Shown here piece by piece: positions 1 through 9,491 of a DNA stretch of 64,000 nt (its first letter is position 1; each line of letters starts with the position of its first letter). A program made the translations under genes and the position numbers. The notes under the pieces are model-generated. The model saw nothing but the letters and a program-made list of their open reading frames with translations. It was not told the origin of the DNA and made no database searches. Origin of the DNA: Dehalococcoidia bacterium (lineage in GTDB: Bacteria; Chloroflexota; Dehalococcoidia; UBA6926); assembly GCA_963666115.2 (NCBI GenBank), contig CAXXET010000006.1:512001-576000 (forward strand). Direction: 5' to 3'.

Positions 1-1446
1 CGTCTGCCACCCGTTCTCGCGGTCCGTGGCAGCGACGGATGCGATGTCCAGGTGCGCCCAGGGCGTGTCCCCGGCGAATTCCTGGAGGAACTTGGCGGCG
101 GTGATGGAGCCGGCGGGCTGCCCCCCCGTGTTCTTGACCGTCGCAACGCTGCTCTTGATCTGCTCCTTGTACTCGTCCCACAGCGGCATCCGCCACATCT
201 TCTCGGCAGTCGCCTCGGACGCGTCCTGCAACCGGCGCGCAACGTCATCATCATTGGCGAACATGCCCATCGCCACCGTCCCAAGCGCCACGCGAATCGC
301 GCCCGTCAGCGTCGCCACGTCAATCAGCGGCGTCATGCCCTTGCTGTTGGCGTAGGAAAGCGCGTCGGCAAGAATCAGGCGCCCCTCCGCGTCCGTGTTC
401 TCAACCTCCATTGTCTTGCCGTTCATGGCCGTGAGGACGTCGCCCGGTTTCGTCGCGCTGCCGCCGGGCAGGTTCTCCGTGGCCGGCACGAGGCCGGTGA
501 CGTTGATGGGCAGGCCGAGGCGTCCGATGGCCTGCATGGCGCCAATGACCGCCGCGCCGCCCGCCATGTCCCCCTTCATCGCGCTCATGTTGGCGGCCGG
601 CTTGATGGAGATGCCGCCCGAGTCGAACGTGACGCCCTTGCCGATGAGCGCGACGGTGGGGCGCGAATTGTCCGGGTCGCCCCGGTGCTCCATGATGATG
701 AACGCGGGCGGCTGATGGGAACCGGCGGTGACGCCAAGCAGGCCGCCCATCCCCATCTCAGTGATCTCGCCGACGCTCAGGTTGGTGAATGTCATGCCGC
801 TGGTGTCCGCGGCGTCCTTTGCGCGTTGCGCGAGGATGGTGGGCGTCATGCGGTTGGCAGGCTCGTTGGCCAGGTCGCGCGCGAGGGCGACGGCCTCCGC
901 GATGATCGCGCCGCGGTCGAGGCCGCGGTCCAGTTCGGCCAGCGCGGCGTCGTCATCGGCGACGAACGTGGCGGATTCAGGTTCACGGCCACCCTCGTCA
1001 TCGCCGCTGTTGGGATTCGCAGTGATGCGGTAGAGGCCGAGCAGCGCGCCCTCTGCGGATGCCTGTGCCGCCTCCACCGCGCTCAGATAGTGCGCGGCGG
1101 GACGGTGCGCGGTAATGGTCTTATAGCCGTTGGAACGCGCGCGCCGCACCACGTCTGCGGCCAGGCGTCGGAGTGTGGCGGCGCTTGCGGCATCAGCGGG
1201 TCCACAGCCGGCGACCATGACGCGGCGCGGGGTGATTCGGCCCAGGGTGTGGATGATGGTGAGTTCGCCGAGCTTGCCGCGAATCTCACCGTCCTCGATC
1301 AACGCCGAAATCTGGCCGTCCAGCGCCTCGTCCACCTGCCCGGCCGCGCCCGGCAGCGGACTCTCCATCATCCCCTGGTACACGCCGACAACGGCGCAGT
1401 CTGCTTCTGTATCAATCAGGGTTCCCTTGGCTGCCTTGAGTTCCAT
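1..1446 (-). CDS. pepA: Leucyl aminopeptidase (M17), 3' end runs off the window
   Basis: Manual minus-strand translation: starts MELKAAKGTLIDTEADCAVVG, contains GKGVTFDSGGISIKP and NTDAEGR M17 motifs; RBS AGGAGA upstream. Absent from the ORF track because it is truncated. Confidence 0.93.
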   Translation of the reverse strand, partial: MELKAAKGTLIDTEADCAVVGVYQGMMESPLPGAAGQVDEALDGQISALIEDGEIRGKLGELTIIHTLGRITPRRVMVAGCGPADAASAATLRRLAADVVRRARSNGYKTITAHRPAAHYLSAVEAAQASAEGALLGLYRITANPNSGDDEGGREPESATFVADDDAALAELDRGLDRGAIIAEAVALARDLANEPANRMTPTILAQRAKDAADTSGMTFTNLSVGEITEMGMGGLLGVTAGSHQPPAFIIMEHRGDPDNSRPTVALIGKGVTFDSGGISIKPAANMSAMKGDMAGGAAVIGAMQAIGRLGLPINVTGLVPATENLPGGSATKPGDVLTAMNGKTMEVENTDAEGRLILADALSYANSKGMTPLIDVATLTGAIRVALGTVAMGMFANDDDVARRLQDASEATAEKMWRMPLWDEYKEQIKSSVATVKNTGGQPAGSITAAKFLQEFAGDTPWAHLDIASVAATDRENGWQT

Positions 1447-1474
1447 GTCGGTGTTCTCCTTTACTGTTTGGCGA

Positions 1475-2044
1475 TTATAGCGGGTTGGTCGTGGCGGACT
1501 TGAGACTGGACTCAATTTCAGCGGCGATTTGCCGCAGGGCGGGCGTGACGTCCTGCGACGTATCGACGGTTAGGTGGTCGCGGCGAATGGGTTGGGCGGT
1601 GCGAATCATGCGGTCATAGACGTCGTTGCCGGCGGTGGAGTTGTCATCCGTATCGAGCGCCGAGGCAATGTCCGCTTCTCTTTGAGACAGGCGTTGTCGG
1701 ATCACGTTCTCAGGCGCGGTGAGTTCCACGATGATCAGGCGCGCGCCTGCGTCTTCCGCGATGCGGTACAGCCTGCGGCGGTTGCGGCGGACGAGGTTGG
1801 TCGCGTCAAGGGCGACTGTATGGCCGTCGCCCAGCAGGTCCTTCATCTGCGTGTGGATTTCTCGAAAGAGGCGGGCGCTCTCGCCCCCGGAATGCGTGGG
1901 TTCGCCGAAAAGCGCCGCGCGGATGGCATCGGACTCCAACGTGATGAGCGTCGGCGCCAGTTCCATGAGTTTGCGGCAGAAGTACGACTTTCCGCTGCCG
2001 GGGAGGCCTGAGAGGATGATGAGGGCAGGCGCGCCGTCGCTCAT
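1475..2044 (-). CDS. P-loop kinase / AAA_33 family ATP-binding protein
   Basis: SGLPGSGKS Walker A, LDATN motif. Confidence 0.85.
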   Translation of the reverse strand: MSDGAPALIILSGLPGSGKSYFCRKLMELAPTLITLESDAIRAALFGEPTHSGGESARLFREIHTQMKDLLGDGHTVALDATNLVRRNRRRLYRIAEDAGARLIIVELTAPENVIRQRLSQREADIASALDTDDNSTAGNDVYDRMIRTAQPIRRDHLTVDTSQDVTPALRQIAAEIESSLKSATTNPL

Positions 2045-2718
2045 CGACTGAAATCGGGGCGGTCGTACAAGAGCGTGGCGACAAGAGATCGCTCAGGCGG
2101 CAGGCCGGTCTCCGGGTCCGGCGGCCATGCTGCCGTTGCGCGTCGCAGGAACGTGAGTCCCAATATGACGGCGCACGCGATGGCGGGAGCGTATGCCCCG
2201 AGCGCGACTCCAGCAATGATGTAGACGCTCATTCCCGCAATCACGGCAATCGGCACTGTGCGGCTCCGGTCCGAACTGTGGCCCCCCGGCATCACGTTCC
2301 GCATGACCTTGCGAATCGCCAGCAGGAGGAACACGGAGATTGCGATGGCGAATACCAGGGGATCGAACGCCGCAAGCGCGCCCGCCGCCGTGCCGTTGCC
2401 CCGCCCCCCGCGGAATCGCAGCGTCGCGGGCCACATCTGGCCGACAACCGCGCCCACGCCGCCCGCCGCCAGCGTCCATTCCGTGGACTCTCCGGGGAGC
2501 AGGGCGACGGCAAGCAGCGCGGCCACCGTTCCCTTGCCAACCTCGATGACGACGGACATCGTGCCGATGGCGAGCCCGGACTGCCTCCACAGGTTGCCCG
2601 CGCCGATGTTGCCCGTGCCCGCCGTCTTGAGGTTGATGCCCCGCGCGCGGGCAAGAAAGTAGATGATCGGGGCTGCCCCGATCACGTAGCCGAGAATGAA
2701 CGCCGCGATGTATGTCAC
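2041..2718 (-). CDS. plsY: Glycerol-3-phosphate acyltransferase
   Basis: GTGNIGAGN and FRGGRG motifs, multiple TM helices. Confidence 0.8.
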   Translation of the reverse strand: MTYIAAFILGYVIGAAPIIYFLARARGINLKTAGTGNIGAGNLWRQSGLAIGTMSVVIEVGKGTVAALLAVALLPGESTEWTLAAGGVGAVVGQMWPATLRFRGGRGNGTAAGALAAFDPLVFAIAISVFLLLAIRKVMRNVMPGGHSSDRSRTVPIAVIAGMSVYIIAGVALGAYAPAIACAVILGLTFLRRATAAWPPDPETGLPPERSLVATLLYDRPDFSR

Positions 2719-3650
2719 GAGTTGTTGGGTTCGCGCAGCGTGACGATGTGCGGCGCGGCGATGAGAAGCAGGGCGGGCGCTGAGAGAGCCGCCGTCACGA
2801 TGGCGCGGAATCCGATATCGACCCCGCCGGAGATCAGGAGGAAGCCGAGCGGGAGAGAGGCGGCCAGCATCCCGATCTTGAACAGGCGGTCCGACATCCT
2901 CACGGCGGCTGCGATGACAACTGCGAACGCCCCGAACAGCGCGGCGTTCTGCGCCCCGGCTTGCTCGATCGTTGCGTAGACGCCTTGATCAAACGCCAGG
3001 ATGGCGACGGACAGCAGCGCCATCGGCAGCACAACGAGCATGGCGTGAATCCAGTCCTTGCGGCTCAGCCAAACCATCAGCGCGCCGATGACGCCAAGCC
3101 CCGCAGCGCCCAGCCCGATTCCCAGCGCCCAGCTCAGCGGGTCGCGCGCCTCATAGCCGCCGCTCAACACGCTCCACGCCGCGTGGGCAGTGGTGCCAAG
3201 GCTGATCATGCTGACGAGCAGGACGGGGAAGAGGGCGTATCCAAGCCATGAGAAGACCCACGCGCGGCGGCTGAACCGGAAGACGCCCAGCGCGCTAATC
3301 ACAATGGCGACTGCCGCCGCCGCCGCGATCCATTCCAGGTTGTACCAGAGGCGCGTCGCGAAGAAAAAGGCGGCGACAAGGCTTGGGAAAGCGGACATCG
3401 CCGCGTCCGGCCAGGACCCCTGGTTCCGGATGCGCTCCACTTGCGCCGCGACGGCGCGGGCATCCCCGAAGGCGAGCGCGGCCTGTGCCCTTGCCTCCGC
3501 CGGGTCGATGCCTCGTTCCCGCAGGGTGGCGCTATGGTCTTCGATGTGGTCTGCCAGCTCCCGCAGCACGCTGCGGCGAGACCGGATTCTCGTGAGAACC
3601 TGGCTCGTCAGCGCGTGAATCGGGGTGGAGATGCTGCTCGGTGACGGCAT
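2715..3650 (-). CDS. Membrane protein with N-terminal permease-prefix (HAAS-like) domain, PadR partner
   Basis: RELADHIED...ALAFGDARAVA motif followed by many TM helices; directly downstream of padR. Start inferred. Confidence 0.75.
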   Translation of the reverse strand: MPSPSSISTPIHALTSQVLTRIRSRRSVLRELADHIEDHSATLRERGIDPAEARAQAALAFGDARAVAAQVERIRNQGSWPDAAMSAFPSLVAAFFFATRLWYNLEWIAAAAAVAIVISALGVFRFSRRAWVFSWLGYALFPVLLVSMISLGTTAHAAWSVLSGGYEARDPLSWALGIGLGAAGLGVIGALMVWLSRKDWIHAMLVVLPMALLSVAILAFDQGVYATIEQAGAQNAALFGAFAVVIAAAVRMSDRLFKIGMLAASLPLGFLLISGGVDIGFRAIVTAALSAPALLLIAAPHIVTLREPNNS

Positions 3651-3664
3651 GTCCGTATGGGCTG

Positions 3665-3997
3665 CTACGGCGTGGAGCCGGCTATGACCATGTTGACGGC
3701 GCGTGAGAAGTTGAGCCACTCCGCCCGGCGCTGCTCCAGTCGCTGGAGGCCGCGAGTGGAAATGGCGTAGTAGCGTCGGTATTGCCCGCCCGGCGACGTT
3801 CGCCACAGCCCCTCGATGAGGCTGTCGCGCTCCAGGCGGTGCAGGGCCGGGTACAGCGTGCCCTCCTTCATGGAGAAATAACCCTCGGAGCGGCGTTCCA
3901 CCTCCCGGAGGATTTCATAGCCGTACATCGGACGCTCGCTCAGCAGCGCCAGGAACAGGGAATCCGTGCTCCCCTTCAGGAGCTCGCGCTCACTCAT
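3665..3997 (-). CDS. PadR family transcriptional regulator
   Basis: MYGYEI...EGTLYPALHRLE...RRYY motifs. Confidence 0.93.
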   Translation of the reverse strand: MSERELLKGSTDSLFLALLSERPMYGYEILREVERRSEGYFSMKEGTLYPALHRLERDSLIEGLWRTSPGGQYRRYYAISTRGLQRLEQRRAEWLNFSRAVNMVIAGSTP

Positions 3998-4098
3998 GCC
4001 TCACCCCCCGGGCATCACCGCCCATCGCAACCACCGCCAATTCTACCACTTACGGCGCAAGGCGGGGTTTGTGCCGGAAATGTGGCAGGGACGGGGGG

Positions 4099-5415
4099 CT
4101 ACTTTGCGCCGCCGCTTGGGGCAGGCGCGGCGGCGGGCGTCTGGAGGCCGACGCCAAAGCCCTCCGTCATCACGCGCCGGAGCCTGGTGACCAGCGTGAG
4201 GGCAATGAAGACAACCGCGATGAATACGACCCCGGAAACGATGAGGACGGGAACCGAGCCGAAGATGTCTGCAATGAATCCAAACACCATGTTGAGAATC
4301 GCCATCAGGCTGAGCGCGGACATGGCGAACAGGCTGGAAACGCGCCCCCGAATCCCGTCCGGCACAACGGTCTGGATGTAGGTGATGGACAGCGACATGA
4401 ACGGCGCCTGCGTCAGGCCCATGATGAACGCGCCGGCAAGGCCGGTCGACTGCGACGGGGCGAATCCGAGAACGAGGACGCCGACCGAGCTTCCGGCGGC
4501 GGACAGGAGCAGGGCAATGCCCTTGGTTCGCTCGCTCCGGATGCCCGCAATGAGCATGACGCCGACGACCGCGCCGAGTCCGAAGAATGCCAGGAAGGAC
4601 GCGAGCGCGGAATCCGTCGCCCATTGGTCCGTGCCGTGGACGGGAAGAATCGACTCAAAGCCCATGGTCAGGCCGCAGTGGAATGCGACGAAGATGAGCA
4701 TGAGGCCGACGGTGGGCGTCCGGTAGGCGTACACCACGCCCGCCGTGAACACCGTCCAGATCGAGTCGCCCTGCTGGATCGCGCCGGAGGACGCCGTTCG
4801 GATGGTCAGGACGAGGAGCATGGCGATGATGTACCCGCCCGCCGCGACGGCGAACGCGATGCCAATGCTCGCCTCGCTCAGCCAGCCAAGCGCCAGCACG
4901 GATAACCCGCCGACGAGGCGCGAGCCCTGCAGGGAGATGTTGTTGAGCGCGATCGCGTTGAGGAGGTCATCCTTGCTGACGAGGTTCGGCACCAGCGCGT
5001 TTTGCGTGGGCATCTGCACGCCGCGCGCAATCCCGCTCAGCAGCGATATGACCGGCAGGTGCCAGAGCACGATCGCGTCTGCGAAATAGAGCCAGACCAG
5101 CAGGAGCGCCAACAGCACGTTGACCGCGTGGGCCACGGCGATCAGGTAGCGCCTGTCAAACTTGTCCGCCAGCACGCCGCTGAACGGCGGCACGACCACG
5201 AAGGGGATCAGCGCGGCGAACGTCGTGACACCGACCCAGAACGAGGATTCGTCGGATATGTCGAAGGCGAGGACGCCGCGTGCGGCAATGAGTCCCCAAA
5301 CGCCCGCCCCGGCAAAGGTGGCGGAGAGCCAGAATCGGCGGAAATCCCTGTACTTGAGCGCCGCCACGTAGCGGCGCAACAGACCCATTTCCTGCGCAGG
5401 TGCGCTCTCAGTCAT
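4099..5415 (-). CDS. MFS transporter
   Basis: About 12 TM helices, GVLADKFDRR motif A, VPDGIRGRV. Confidence 0.92.
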   Translation of the reverse strand: MTESAPAQEMGLLRRYVAALKYRDFRRFWLSATFAGAGVWGLIAARGVLAFDISDESSFWVGVTTFAALIPFVVVPPFSGVLADKFDRRYLIAVAHAVNVLLALLLVWLYFADAIVLWHLPVISLLSGIARGVQMPTQNALVPNLVSKDDLLNAIALNNISLQGSRLVGGLSVLALGWLSEASIGIAFAVAAGGYIIAMLLVLTIRTASSGAIQQGDSIWTVFTAGVVYAYRTPTVGLMLIFVAFHCGLTMGFESILPVHGTDQWATDSALASFLAFFGLGAVVGVMLIAGIRSERTKGIALLLSAAGSSVGVLVLGFAPSQSTGLAGAFIMGLTQAPFMSLSITYIQTVVPDGIRGRVSSLFAMSALSLMAILNMVFGFIADIFGSVPVLIVSGVVFIAVVFIALTLVTRLRRVMTEGFGVGLQTPAAAPAPSGGAK

Positions 5416-5484
5416 CAGCTCCCCTTGGTGATGATCTCACCAACCTCAGATTCCGTATCATAGCAAATCTGCGTCAACCCCTCC

Positions 5485-5736
5485 TTACAACCGGCTAAAA
5501 ATATTCGCAATGATCTGCAGCGTGATAATCGCCACCAGCGGCGTGATGTCAATCATCCCCACAAGCGGAATGACGCTCCGTAGCGGCCCAAGGATCGGCT
5601 CCGTGATGTGATAGACGGTGGCCACGAGGGGATTCTCGTTGCTGACGTTCGGAAACCAGGAGAGAATCGCCCGCACGAAGATGGCGATCGTCAGCACCTG
5701 GCACAGGATGACGACGAAGGTTGTGATGAAGTCCAT
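5485..5736 (-). CDS. yggT: YggT family membrane protein
   Basis: ILSWFP, ITEPILGPLR, MIDITP motifs; typical position after proC. Confidence 0.9.
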   Translation of the reverse strand: MDFITTFVVILCQVLTIAIFVRAILSWFPNVSNENPLVATVYHITEPILGPLRSVIPLVGMIDITPLVAIITLQIIANIFSRL

Positions 5737-5739
5737 GTG

Positions 5740-6543
5740 CTACGACAGTTCGCGCGATTTCCGGTAGGCGGCGATGACTGCCTGCGTGACGGCCGCGCGG
5801 AGTCCGCCGTTCTCAAGCGCGGCGATGCCCTCCGCGGTTGTGCCGCCCGGCGACGTGACCATGTTGCGGAGCGCGGCGGGGTGCATGTTCGATTGGTCTG
5901 CGAGCGCCGCCGCCCCCAGCAGCGTCTGCCGCGCAAGCAGCTCCGCCTGGTCGCGCGGGATGCCGACGTGGACGCCGGCGTCGATCATCGCCTCCAGGAA
6001 CAGGAACACGTAGCCGGGCCCGCTGCCGCTCAGGGCAGTCGCCATGTCGATGTAGTGTTCGTCGTGGACTTCCAGTTCCCGCCCCATCGCGGCAAGGATG
6101 CGCCGCGCCATGTCCCGCTGCGGCTGCGTGACCTCCGGTGTCGCCGTCCACACGCTCATCCCGTGGCCAATCTGCGCGGGCGTGTTGGGCATGACGCGGA
6201 CAATCTGGTCGCAGCCGGTCACGTCCCGCAGTTTATCGATGCGGACGCCGGCGGCGATGGAGAGGTAGGGGCCGGGCGTGACGTTTCCCCGCTTGATGCC
6301 GGACAGCGCCTCGATGTGCTGGGGTTTGAGCGCGATGACGGCAAAGCCGTTGGAGACGACCTTTGCCGCGTCATAATTGTCGGCGACCACCTGGACGCCG
6401 TGCTTCTGCGCAAGGTAATCGCGGCGGGCGGCGTCGATTTCGCCGACGACAATCTCGCCGGGCTGTGCCACGCCATTATGGATGAGGGCGGTGATCATGG
6501 CTTCCGCCATGACGCCGCCGCCGATGAATGATATTCCTGCCAC
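5740..6543 (-). CDS. proC: Pyrroline-5-carboxylate reductase
   Basis: FIGGGVMA, RVMPNTP, ALSGSGPGY, VTSPGGTT; GTG start at 6543 with RBS GGAGG. Confidence 0.95.
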   Translation of the reverse strand: MAGISFIGGGVMAEAMITALIHNGVAQPGEIVVGEIDAARRDYLAQKHGVQVVADNYDAAKVVSNGFAVIALKPQHIEALSGIKRGNVTPGPYLSIAAGVRIDKLRDVTGCDQIVRVMPNTPAQIGHGMSVWTATPEVTQPQRDMARRILAAMGRELEVHDEHYIDMATALSGSGPGYVFLFLEAMIDAGVHVGIPRDQAELLARQTLLGAAALADQSNMHPAALRNMVTSPGGTTAEGIAALENGGLRAAVTQAVIAAYRKSRELS

Positions 6544-6600
6544 GGGGCCTCCTGCGTTAAGTATAGCGGGGGCGGCTATCACGTATACTGGAGGGAGCGC

Positions 6601-6676
6601 TCCGCGGTAGCTCAGTCGGTAGAGCGGTCGGCTGTTAACCGATTGGTCGTAGGTTCGAGTCCTACCCGCGGAGCCA
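6601..6676 (+). tRNA. tRNA-Asn(GTT)
   Basis: TCCGCGG acceptor, D arm, anticodon loop CTGTTAA, GTTCGAG T-loop, encoded CCA. Confidence 0.97.
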
Positions 6677-6709
6677 AGCCTCCTTAAAGGGGCGTCCGGA
6701 TACTGCAAT

Positions 6710-6744
6710 GTCATTCTGAACGGAGCGCAGCGGAGTGAAGAATC
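6710..6744 (+). repeat. REP-like repeat family A, long variant (GTCATTCTGA..GCGCAGCG..GAAGAATC)
   Basis: Shares ends with copies at 21525, 44779, 53877, 55075. Confidence 0.7.
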
Positions 6745-6759
6745 CAAGGAGCCACTTAA

Positions 6760-9009
6760 GTGACCACAACGTACCGTGAACTCGGCAAATCCGCAGCCCG
6801 CAAAGACGGCCCGGAGAAGGTGACGGGCGGCGCGGAATATACGGTGGACGTGGCCCTGCCGGGGATGCTGTGGGGCAGGGCCCTCCGCAGCCCGTATCCC
6901 CATGCCCGCATCGTCAGCATCGACACCTCACAGGCGGAGGCTCTCCCCGGCGTCCACGCCGTCTTAACCGGAGACCATGACCTTGTTAAAGGAGTCCGCA
7001 TCGGGCGGCGTCTCTATGATGTTCCCGTCCTCGCGCAGGGGACGGCGCTGTTCATCGGTGACAAGGTGGTGGCGGTGGCAGCCGAATCCAAGGACCTGGC
7101 GGACGCCGCTCTCGACCTGATCGAGGTCGAATACGAGGAGTTGCCCGTCGTCGCGGACGTTCGCTCCGCCCGCGCCGGTGACGCCCCCGTGCTCCATCCC
7201 GATCTGAACTCGTATGAAGGGTTGCCCGCGCAGGTCGAAGGGCGGCACCTGAATCTCTTCGCCCACCAGGTGTGGGACAAGGGCGACGTCGAGGCCGGAT
7301 TCGCGGACGCGGACGTGATCGTGGAGGCGGATTACTCGCTCTCCAAGGGACACCAGGCGTATCTTGAGTCGCATAACTGTGTCGTCAAAGCCGAGCCGGA
7401 CGGTCGCGTGGAGATATGGGCCAGCAACAAGGCGCCCTTCAACATGCGGGCGCAGATGGCGCAGGCGTACGGCATCCCCGCCGACTCCATGAAGGTCAAC
7501 CCGACGTATATCGGCGGCGACTTCGGCGGCAAGGGCAGTTCCATGGACGTCCCGCTTGCCTACGCGCTCTCCCGCGCCTCGGGCCGTCCCGTCAAGATGG
7601 TGATGGATTACACGGAGGAGCTGCAGGCGGCGAACCCGCGCCACGGCGGCGAGGTCACGATCCGCGCAGGCGTCAAGCAGGACGGCACGCTGGTCGCGTG
7701 GCGCGCCGAGGCATATTGGAACAGCGGCGCGTACGGTGGATTCAAGCCGGTGCCTACTGCGAACCTCGTCGGTGCGCAGCACCTTGCGGGCGGGCCGTAC
7801 CGCATCCCGCACGTCCGCATCGACTCGTGGCAGGTGTACACCAATTCCGTGCCCGGCGGCCACTACCGCGCGCCGGGCGAGCCGCAGTCCATCTTCGCCG
7901 CGGAATCGCACATGGACTCCCTCGCCCGCGCCATCGGCATGGACCCGCTGGACTTTCGCCTGGCCAACCTGATCGGTGAGGGCGAGGAGACGCCGACGGG
8001 CCATCACTTCGTTGACCTGCGGGCGCGCGAGACGCTGGCGGCGGCGGTGGACGCGGCAGGCTATCACGCCCCCAAGCCGCCGCATGTGGGGCGCGGGATG
8101 GCGATGGCGGACCACGGCGCGCCGGGCGGTGAGACGCACGCGACCGTGACCGTGCTGGATTCCGGCGACGTGACGGTTGAGACGCCGCTGTTTGAGCAGG
8201 GTGCGGGGCAGTACACGATCCTGGCGCAGGTGGTCAGCGAGGAGATCGGCGTGCCCATCGAGCGGATCAGCGTCGTGCCGCGCGATACGGACAGCGTGTC
8301 GTTTGATTCCGGCATCGGCGGCAGCCACACAACGCGCCTGATCACCGTCGCCGGCCATGAGGCAGGCTCGCTGGCGCGTCAGCAGCTGCAACGCCTTGCA
8401 GCGGAACTCCTGGGCTGGAACGAGGAATCCATCACCGCCGAAAACGGCAAGCTAATCCACAACGAGGACTCCATAGAAATAGCAGACCTCGTCGCCCGCG
8501 CCGGCGCCCCCGTCGTCGCCCGCGGCCACGTCCAGGACACCTCCCCCTCCCCCATGACGTCGTTCGGGGCGCAGATCGCAGAAGTCCGCGTAGACCCGGA
8601 CACAGGACAGGTAACGCTCGAAAAATTCACCACGGCCCACGACGTGGGCACCATCATCAACCCGGTCTCGCACCAGGGCCAGTTGGAGGGCGGCGTCGTC
8701 CAGGCCATCGGCTTCACCCTGATGGAGGCCCTGGAAGTGGACGAAAGCGGCCGCGTAGCAAACCCGTCCCTCGCGGAGTTCAAGATCCCAACGGCCAGCG
8801 ATCTCCCCGAATTGCAAACCGTCCTCGTCGAAGCCCCAAGCGGCTCCGGCCCCTACAACATCAAATCCGCAGGCGAAAGCTCAAACACCCCAACCGCCGC
8901 CGCAATAGCAAACGCCATAGAAGACGCCGCCGGCGCCCGCATCCGGAACCTCCCCATAACAGCAGAGGCGGTATACAGGGCGCTGCGCCCTTCGACAGGC
9001 TCAGGGTGA
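6760..9009 (+). CDS. Xanthine dehydrogenase family molybdopterin-binding large subunit
   Basis: KVTGGAEY, LRSPYPHARI, IGGDFGGKG, YRAPGEPQ, GQLEGGVVQAIG, KSAGE motifs. Confidence 0.93.
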   Translation: MTTTYRELGKSAARKDGPEKVTGGAEYTVDVALPGMLWGRALRSPYPHARIVSIDTSQAEALPGVHAVLTGDHDLVKGVRIGRRLYDVPVLAQGTALFIGDKVVAVAAESKDLADAALDLIEVEYEELPVVADVRSARAGDAPVLHPDLNSYEGLPAQVEGRHLNLFAHQVWDKGDVEAGFADADVIVEADYSLSKGHQAYLESHNCVVKAEPDGRVEIWASNKAPFNMRAQMAQAYGIPADSMKVNPTYIGGDFGGKGSSMDVPLAYALSRASGRPVKMVMDYTEELQAANPRHGGEVTIRAGVKQDGTLVAWRAEAYWNSGAYGGFKPVPTANLVGAQHLAGGPYRIPHVRIDSWQVYTNSVPGGHYRAPGEPQSIFAAESHMDSLARAIGMDPLDFRLANLIGEGEETPTGHHFVDLRARETLAAAVDAAGYHAPKPPHVGRGMAMADHGAPGGETHATVTVLDSGDVTVETPLFEQGAGQYTILAQVVSEEIGVPIERISVVPRDTDSVSFDSGIGGSHTTRLITVAGHEAGSLARQQLQRLAAELLGWNEESITAENGKLIHNEDSIEIADLVARAGAPVVARGHVQDTSPSPMTSFGAQIAEVRVDPDTGQVTLEKFTTAHDVGTIINPVSHQGQLEGGVVQAIGFTLMEALEVDESGRVANPSLAEFKIPTASDLPELQTVLVEAPSGSGPYNIKSAGESSNTPTAAAIANAIEDAAGARIRNLPITAEAVYRALRPSTGSG

Positions 9010-9029
9010 GCGGAATGGTGTCAGGGTGA
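8988..9029 (+). repeat. REP-like repeat family B (CCCTTCGACAGGCTCAGGGTGA...), left copy of ~42-bp direct repeat
   Basis: Near-identical to 9436-9478; inverted variant at 22021-22046. Confidence 0.85.
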
Positions 9030-9404
9030 AGCCAGCCGCTCAGCTTCCGTTACGTAGTCCGCAGTCTCGCGGACCAGGCGGCTAATATCCTCCGGGTCAT
9101 AATGATCGTGGTAGAAACAGTCGCCGTGCAGTGCTTCCTGCCGGTCAAAGTAGCGGAGGCGGAGTTCCGACACTGACTGGTCCTTCACGGATAGCATCCG
9201 AAGCCGGCGGCCGGCGTCGGTGGACTTTCCCGGCTCCTCCCCCGTGCGGGCAAGAACCAGCGCCTCCGTCGCGCGCATGGTGGCGCACCACGCCTTCTCC
9301 GCCGCGTCCCGGATATCGCCGGCGGCCATGCGCTCAAAGGCGGCGTCCCGCATTAGGCGGGCATCCGCGAATATGCTTGCCGCGTCGGCCTCAATTGTTG
9401 CCAT
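9021..9404 (-). CDS. PaREP1/HEPN-like protein
   Basis: AAEKAWCA and LHGDCFY motifs; own -10 (TATAGT) and RBS GGAG. Confidence 0.75.
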   Translation of the reverse strand: MATIEADAASIFADARLMRDAAFERMAAGDIRDAAEKAWCATMRATEALVLARTGEEPGKSTDAGRRLRMLSVKDQSVSELRLRYFDRQEALHGDCFYHDHYDPEDISRLVRETADYVTEAERLASP

Positions 9405-9435
9405 GGGTTACTCCAAAAGCACTATACCACGCCAC

Positions 9436-9478
9436 CCCTTCGACAGGCTCAGGGTGACCGGAATGGTGTCCAGGGTGA
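9436..9478 (+). repeat. REP-like repeat family B, right copy
   Basis: CCCTTCGACAGGCTCAGGGTGACCGGAATGGTGTCCAGGGTGA. Confidence 0.85.
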
Positions 9479-9491
9479 GCGGGAGTGTGCG

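Noticed and set aside
52-1503. 483-aa plus-strand ORF (and similar long shadow ORFs such as 6964-8391, 17817-19076, 37218-39071, 38828-40060)
   Set aside because: Antisense shadows of well-supported genes in high-GC DNA; no motifs
6601-6760. tRNA-Asn (or tRNA-Gly) as an att site for a prophage or ICE
   Set aside because: No integrase and no duplicated tRNA 3' end seen in the window
5740-6903. 387-aa version of ProC
   Set aside because: The extension overlaps tRNA-Asn and the next gene; the true start is near 6543
6760-9009. Aerobic CO dehydrogenase CoxL
   Set aside because: Active-site loop is HYRAPGE, not AYxCSFR or AYxGAGR; no coxMS
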